From the human T2T-CHM13v2.0 reference genome, Homo sapiens: a stretch of 64,000 nt of DNA. Under the pieces are notes generated by a model that was given only the letters and a program-made list of their open reading frames with translations, made no database searches and had not been told where the DNA came from. The stretch is taken from NCBI RefSeq assembly GCF_009914755.1, contig NC_060931.1, one strand, 5' to 3'. Of the stretch, positions 56,085 to 64,000 are shown one piece after another (position 1 is the first letter of the stretch; every line of letters starts with the position of its first letter). The translations under genes and the position numbers were made by a program.

Positions 56085-58865
56085 TGTTAAAAGGGAAATT
56101 TATAGCACTAAACACACCATCAAAAAAATCAGAAAGATCAGAAATTAGCAACCTAACATCACAATTTTAAAAACTAGAGAACCAAGAGCAAACCAACCCC
56201 AAAGGTAGCAGAAGACAAGAAATAACCAAAATCAGAGTGGAACTAAAGGAGATTGAGATGCAAAAAACCACTAGAGCTGGAGCTCCTCCCCAATCATTTA
56301 ACAAGGCCAGCATCATCCTGATAACAAAATCTGGCAGACACACAATAAAAAAAAAAGAAAACTTCAGGCCAATATCCTTGATGAACACTGATGCAAAATT
56401 CCTAAACAAAATACTTGCAAACTGAATCCAGCAGCAGTCCACAAAGCTAATCCACTATGACCAAGTAGATTTTATCCCTGGGATGCAAGGTTAGTTTGAC
56501 ACATGCAAATAAATAAATGCGATTCATCACATAAGCAGAATTAAAGACAAAAATCATGTTATTATTTTAGTAGATGCAGAATAGGCTTTTGATAAAGTTC
56601 AACATGACTTCATGATAATCACTCTCAAAAAACTAGGTGTTGAATGAATATACTTCAAAATAATAAAAGCCGTCTATAACAAACCCACAGCCAACATTAT
56701 ACTGAATGGACAAAAGCTGGAAGCATTTCCCTTGAAAGCCAGCACAAGACAAGAATGCCCACTCTCACCACTTCTATTCAACATAGTATTGGAAATCCTG
56801 GCCAGAGCAATCAGGCAAGAGAAAGAAATTAAGAGCATCCAAATAGGTAAAGAGGAAGTCAAACTATCCCTGTTTGTAGATGACATGAACCTATATTTTA
56901 AAAACCCCACAGTCTTGGCCCAAAAGCTCCTTTGGCTGATAAACAACTTCAGCAAAGTTTCAGGATACAAAAATAAACATACAAAAATCACTAGCATTCC
57001 TAGACACCAAAAACAGCCTAGCTGACAGCCAAATCAGGAATGCAATCCCATTACAGTTGCCACAAAAAGAATAAAATACCTAGGAATACAGTTAATCAAG
57101 GTGAAAGATTTCTATAATTAGAATAACAAAACACTGGTCAAAGAAATCAGAGATGGCAAAAACAAATGAAAAAACATTCCATGCTCATGGATAGGAAGAA
57201 TCATTATTGTTAAAATGGCCATACTGCCCAAAGAAATTTACAGATTCTGTGCTATGCCTATCAAACTACCAATGACATTCTTCACAGAACTAGAAAAAAA
57301 AACTATTTTAAAATTCATATGGAACCAAAAAAGAGCCTGAATAACCAAGGCAACCCTAAGCAAAAAGAACAAAGCTAGAGGCATCATGTTACCCGACTTC
57401 AAACTGTACTAAAGGGGTACAGTAACTAGAATAGCATGATACTGGTACAAAAAGACACATAGACCAATGGAACAGAATAGAGAACCCAGAAATAAGGCCA
57501 CACATTACAACCATCTGATCTTCAACAAAGCTGACAAAAAGAAGCAATCGGAAAAGGACTCCCTATTCAATAAATGCTGCTGGGATAACTGGCTAACTAT
57601 ATGCAGAAGATTGAAGCTGGACCCATTCCTTATGTCATATACAAAAATCAACTCAAGATAGATAAAAGACCTAAATGTAAGCCCCCAAACTATAAAATCC
57701 CTGGAAGACAACCTAGGCAATACCATTCTGGATATAGGAACTGCAGAGATTTCAAGATGAAGACGCCAAAAGCAATAGCAACCAAAGCAAAAATTGAGAA
57801 ATGAATTCCAATTAAACTAAAGTGCTTCCGCACAGCAAAAGAAACTATCAACAGAGTATACAGGCAACCTACAAAATGGGGGAAAATTTTTGCAAACTAT
57901 GCATCTGACAAAGGTCTAATATCAGCATCTATAAAAAACTTAAATTTACAAAAAATAACCCCATTAAGAAGTAGGCAAAGGACATGAACAGACACTTTTC
58001 TAAAGAAGACATACATGTGACCAACAAGCATATTAAAAAAGCTCAATATCACTGATCATTAGAGAAATGCAAATCAAAACCACAGTGAAATAACATCTCA
58101 CACCAGTCAGAATGGTTATTATTAAAAAGTGAAAAAATAACGATGCTGGAGAGGTTGCAGAGGAAAGGGAATGCTTATGTATAAGCATTCCCATGCTGGT
58201 GGGAATGCAAATTACTGCAATCATTGTGGAAAGCAGAGTGGTGATTCCTTAAAGCGCTAGAAACAGGACTACCATTTAACCCAGCAATCCCATTACTGGG
58301 TGTACATCCAAAGGATTATAAGTCTTTCTACTGTAAAGACACATGCTCACATGTTTGTTGCAGAACTATTCACAATAGCAAACACATGGGATCAACCTAA
58401 ATGCCCATCAGTGATAGACTTGATAAAGAAAATGTGATACATATATACCATGAAATACTATGCAGCATCAGTGGTAGACTTGATAAAGAAAATGTGGTAC
58501 ATATACACCATGAAGTACTATGCAGCCAGTAAAAAGAACAAGATCACATCCTTTGCAGAAACATGGATGGAGCTGGAGGCCATTATCCTTAGTAAACTAA
58601 TGCAGGAACATAAAATCAAATACTTCATTTTTTCACTTAGAACACATACACACAAAGAGGGTAACAACAGACACTGGGGCTTACTGGAGGGTGGATGGTG
58701 GGATGAGGGAGAGGATCAAAAAAACATCACTATTAGGTACTAGCCTTAGTACCTAGGTGATGTGATAATCTGTACAACAAACCCCTGTGAACTGAATTTA
58801 CCTGTATAACAAGCCTGCACATGTATCCTTGAACCTAAAATGAAAGTTAAAAAAGGAAAAATTTT
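56085..58865 (+). mobile_element. 5'-truncated older L1PA (about L1PA13-16) with decayed ORF2 and 3'UTR
   Basis: ORF-track fragments are L1 ORF2 RT remnants ([49 protein letters not shown]) broken by stops and frameshifts; L1PA-type 3' end. Confidence 0.96.
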
Positions 58866-59164
58866 AAAAAAAGAAATTAGAAAAGAGGCTGCAAAACATA
58901 GATTAAGAATATTTTTTGAAAAATAATTTTAGGCAGTACTAGTAACTTAAGGAATTTCAAAAGATATAAATTCCATGGAACAAAAATATCAAAGAATATG
59001 ACAGAAAAGCAAGACATGAAAATGGAACCATTAGACCTTTGAAAAATTGAAAAGAAAAATAAAATTCATTACATTTTTTGCTTCTAATGTATTTTGCACC
59101 AAAATAAATTGAACACTTTAAATACGGCTCAAACCACACCCATTACTGTCCAATCCTTCCATAC

Positions 59165-59375
59165 CCTAATATATCACACTATTTAATTTAATATATTTAT
59201 TTTAATATAGGTAATATATAATATAATATAAATTTTAATATATTTAATTTAATACATTTAATTTGATGTCATCAAATTAAATATATTTTGTTTATATTTT
59301 TAATAATATAATATATAAAATATAACATATTATATATAATAATATATAATAAATATATTTTGTTTATATTTTTAT
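59165..59375. repeat. AT-rich low-complexity region with internal direct and inverted repeats
   Basis: Nearly pure A/T; a second tract lies at ~59600-59682. Confidence 0.9.
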
Positions 59376-59689
59376 ACAACAGCATTTTAAAGTTGTTTTC
59401 AAATTCACAGGCATAAGGTGTTATAAAGTGTTATGATTCTTGCATCTCTGACACTCTTCACATTTTTATCCCCGTTATTATTTGTGCTTTCTCATTTTTT
59501 ACATTATCATTATTGCCCAATATTGTCTATTTTATTAGTTTTGTCAAGACAACTAAGCAGCTCTTATATGCCAGGAGAGGGACATCTCTTCCTTAGAGAA
59601 TAATTATAACTAATTATATATAATAGTGATTATATTATATAATATTATATATAAAATAGTGATTATATTATATATAATATTAAAAGAAT

Positions 59690-60720
59690 GATAGAAGAGA
59701 AAATTACTATTTGGCAAGCACCACAGTCATAAATTAAAGGCAAGAATTAACTAATGCTAAAATCAATGGATAAAAGTATAACAATAGAATACTTGAATAG
59801 TCTTAGAGTCTCTCCCACAAGATATTTTTTAATTACAAGATAAAAATAGTAATTTTACATTAGAGAAACCTGGCAATTATCATTTTAACTGAGTAATTAA
59901 AATTAACATCACCAGTAATGAAATGTGTTGACATAATGTACTTGCCATTATGATCCCCTGAGAAAAACATATTTTGTTTGTGGAATTTTTGCCAAAAATA
60001 TATAACTAAACTGAGATATAAGAAATGTTAAATAAATTCAAATTGAGAGACATTCTACAATATAACAAATCAGTACTTTTCATAATTGTCAGGTTTATGA
60101 AAGACAAAGAATGACAAATGTTTCAGGTTGGAGAATGCCAAGGAAACATAACAGTTAAATCAGATGTGGAATTCTGGGGCTAGAAATAAAAACAAGAATG
60201 AGACAATTGGCAAAGTTCCAATAATGCCTATAGGTAATAGTATTGTATCCATGTTAATTTTGAAGACAGACATGGTGGCCTGTACCTGTAATTCCAGCTA
60301 CTTGGGAGGCTGAGGTGGGAGGATTGCTTTGAGGTGAGTTTGAGATCAGCCTGAGCAACATAGTGCAACTGTCTCTAAAAAAATGATTTTTAAAAATCAG
60401 CTGGGCATGGTAGTGCATGCCTGTAGTCCCAGCAACTCAGGAGGCTGATGGGGGAGGATTGCTTGAACCCAGAAATTCCAGGCTGCAGTGAGCTATGATC
60501 ACACCACTGTACTTTCAGCCTGGAGGACAGAATGAGACCCTGTCTCTAAATCTAAAAAAATAATAAATGAGATAAAAAGTTAGTTTTGTGGTTGCAATAA
60601 TTATACTATGGTTATGTAAGATGTTAACATTAGGTGAAGCAGGTGAAGGATGTAGGGAAACTGTGATATTTTTGCAACCTTTCTGTGAGTCTGAAATTAT
60701 TTCAAATAAAAACTTAAAAA
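59690..60720 (+). mobile_element. L1MC-type 3' end interrupted by an AluJ
   Basis: tctcccacaagatattt...gagaaacctggca...aacatcaccagtaatg...tttgcaacctttctgtgagtctgaaattatttcaaataaa. Confidence 0.8.
60263..60566 (+). mobile_element. AluJ
   Basis: Diverged dimer; gtta(a/g)ttttg on both flanks. Confidence 0.92.
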
Positions 60721-60923
60721 CACTCAAACCAAGTTATTTGATTTTGTTTCTCCCTTATGTCTGTCATTATCTTTATTATTTCCTTCCTTTTACTTTCTTT
60801 TGGTTTACTCTCTTCTTTCATTTTCTTTTTTTTTTTTGTTGTTGTTGTTGTTGTTTATAACTTCATCAGTTGGATATTTAGCTTATAATTTTTAATTATT
60901 TTGTTATTTCCTATAAATGCATT

Positions 60924-61500
60924 TGTGTTAGTTATCTATTGTTAGATAACAAATCACCCCAAAATTTATGGCTGAAAACGACATTTGGTAACCTCCCAGT
61001 TTCTGATTGTCAGGAATCTGGGCTCAGTTTAGCTGGTTTCTCAAGTTTTGTGGCTCTAAAAACCTGCAATCTGTGCCAGCCAGGGTTGCAGGCATCTCAA
61101 GTCTTGACAGGGGAAGGATCCACTTCTACACTCACTCATATGGTAATTGGGAGATTTCGGTTCTTCATGGGTTGTTGGACTGAGGGCCTCAGCTTCTTGC
61201 TGGGTCTTTGTTGGAGGCTGTGCTCAATTCCTTACCACAGGGGCCTCTACATTGGGCAGCTCACCTCCTGACAGCTTCAACAGAGTGGGCAAGGAAGAAG
61301 AGTTCGAGAGGGTACATGCAGGGTGGAAGTCAACATCTTTTATACCTTGGCCTCGGTGACATCTCATTATGTGCACCATATTCTATTAATTACAAAGAGG
61401 CAATCAGGTCCAGCTCACACTCAAGTGGAAGAGATTATGCAAGGACCCGAATATAAGGAGGTGGAATTCTGGGAAATCATTTTAGAAGTTGCTTACCATA
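60924..61500 (-). mobile_element. MLT1F-like MaLR LTR
   Basis: tgtgttagttatctattg...aacaaatcaccccaaaa...caggaatctggg...ggttgttggactgagggcctcag...cacactcaag...taccata. Confidence 0.82.
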
Positions 61501-63409
61501 ATATTTAAGGTTATAAACGTTGACCTCTAAGCAATTTATATTAGTTGCATTTCACACATTGATCTTTCTCATGGTTAATGATCTCACTGTTAATTTTCAA
61601 ACATTTTATAATTTCCAAAATAATTTTATCTTTGATTCATTCATACGTTATTTGATTTGTTTTAAATTTTCCAATATATGTTTATTTCTACTGTCAAACT
61701 TTCTGCTTTATACTTACAATGCACTCCTTTCATTTTTTTTCCTTTCTTGCCTTCTATTAAATTATACTTTATTTCCTTTTATCTCTCTATTGACTCAAGA
61801 AGTTATACTATTTATTAGTGATTACCCATAAAAATGTAACATGCATACTAGATTTCTGGAGATTATTAATATTTAAACCTTCCTTCTGAGTAATAAAAGA
61901 CCTTTAAATATTTTAACCCCAATCTCCATCCCTCTCATTTTACAAATTGTTGTTATTTAGTAATTAATTCCACCTTAGTTTTATACCTCATTAATGATAT
62001 CTTACTTTCTCCCTCCTCCAGCCCCTGCTTATTTAGATTTATAGACATATTTGTTAATATTGTTTCAGTTTAGGTTTTTAAAAATTGTTTTCTTTTGTTT
62101 TACTTATATTGGTTCTTGTATCCTTCAGTCTGGGTTCAACTTTCTTTTTCCTGAAGTACACCCTTTAGTAGCCCTTTCAGCAAGGCTTCTCATGTATTGG
62201 ACATATGTTAGACGTCTTTTGCTATACTCCATCTTTCTTAAACTCTTTATGTAATCTCCACCCCTCTGTCTCCTTGAGCTATTCTGGTTAAAGAGTCTGA
62301 GGCTTATCTTTCAGTTCACCCACCTCTCTGCACTTCACTTTCTTTGCATAAACCTTGCTATTTAGTGATACATTGAGTTTTTATTTTGGTTATATTTTTT
62401 ATTACTAAAGGATCTATTTGATTCTTTGACATTGTTCTTTTTCACTGGCTTTCTTCTTTCTTTAAGGTTTAGTACCATTTTTCATTTGTTTAATTATCAT
62501 TATTATCATACTCCTTTTACAATCTTTTTAAAATCTAAAAATGTGAAGATCCTGTTTATTGTTTCTGATGACTATTCTCGTTGGCAAATTATTTTATCAT
62601 ATTTTTTTTAATTATAAGCTCTGAGAATTCCATAGGGCAAAAATTGCAATAGTTTGCATTTGCTTCTGTCAGATGCCCCAGTAAATCATGAACTTGGATC
62701 AATTTTCATCATACAGTGTAATTGCAATGTAAACAAACAAAAAAGTAAATTCATACTTAAAACATATACTAGGAGTAGGTTTGGGTTCCAATCAATTGAG
62801 GATATGAGCAGTATAAAGGGACTTGATTCCAATTTATATCTACGAGGACCTGGAAGCCTCCATTCCTGTCTGTGCTGGGCATTAAAATCCCAGCCTCTCT
62901 TCATTACAGATTCCTAAAATCCCATCCCCCGTGTTTTTGTATTAACTTGAGTGCTTACTTTGTTGGCTTTTCTCTAAAAAAAAAATATGTTTCCCAAACA
63001 TTCGCCTTTCAAATCAGACCAGGTTTGCCTTTAATATGTATTGTCAAATAATGTTATATTCCATGTGATCATACTTTTCTATGGAGTTTGAAGTGGAAAC
63101 CAGCTGTCAGAATTACCTATTCAATGAAAGACCCACACATTTGCTGGGACTGGTGCTTCTCCCATTGGCAAAAGCAACTGCACAGTTACCCCCAAGTTTT
63201 TCAGATTCTGACACCTAACCGTATCTGTTAGGCACAAAAGCACCTTGTTTATCCTCAAACCCTGTAAGATCATTTGTGTTTACATAAATAACAACCTTCA
63301 CAATAGGAAAGGGCTCTGTCCTGAAACACAGCTCCATAAATTGTGGGCTGGACCAAATATGCAGAAAAGCATATAGAGGAAAAGGATTCATAGATTTAAA
63401 AGACTATAT

Positions 63410-63738
<329 letters not shown>

Positions 63739-64000
63739 TTAAATATGTATAGCACAGAAAGAAGTTTCAAATAATACATATTTTAAATAAATGGAACAAA
63801 AAATACTCAAAGATGGAAAATGTAGCCTTCCAACAAATGAAACTTATCACAATGATTTTTATCTTGTTTTTGACTGATAAATAAGTAAAACCAAGAATGA
63901 TGTTTCATTTTATGAACGATTAGATTTGTAATTCTAAGTTAAAACAAGCAAATAATCATATTAATTTTATCTTGAAATTAAATATTAATCATAGGAGAAA

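Noticed and set aside
56237-58743. Reverse-transcriptase-like ORF fragments as an active or domesticated RT
   Set aside because: Decayed, 5'-truncated L1 ORF2 with many stops, frameshifts and an internal deletion.

Overview
Primate (most likely human) genomic DNA, mostly interspersed repeats. It is not prokaryotic, and I see no CRISPR array, operon or RNA gene. The only coding sequence I can support is the 21-nt coding part of exon 1 of VPS41 (HOPS complex subunit) on the minus strand at 6187-6207, encoding MAEAEEQ and followed by a GT donor. Positions 1-6186 are therefore VPS41 intron 1. About 5.9-6.3 kb is its CpG-rich, TATA-less promoter, with ZNF143/SBS, ETS, CLEAR-like E-box, YY1-like and GC-box motifs. 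The remaining ~58 kb is upstream sequence; in human this would be the 7p14.1 interval towards POU6F2 (from knowledge of the locus, not visible here). It holds ~29 Alu-family copies (two Alu-in-Alu nests), L1 fragments of several ages, L2/MIR relics, MaLR/ERV LTRs including a clean HERV-K(HML-6) LTR3-type solo LTR with a 6-bp TSD, and DNA transposon relics (Tigger2a, MER58, MER5, half MADE1). Nearly all ORFs in the supplied track are Alu/L1-derived or chance ORFs. I found no convincing new biological system. The best leads are regulatory or structural: a CLEAR-like palindrome and a palindromic Kozak at the VPS41 start, an intronic G-quadruplex, a candidate distal first exon near 29.3 kb, an ETS/AP-1/ARE/CTCF-like cluster at 26.5-26.9 kb, Z-DNA tracts and an AT-rich palindrome. 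Repeat subfamily names come from recalled consensus sequences, and boundaries of old repeats are approximate.
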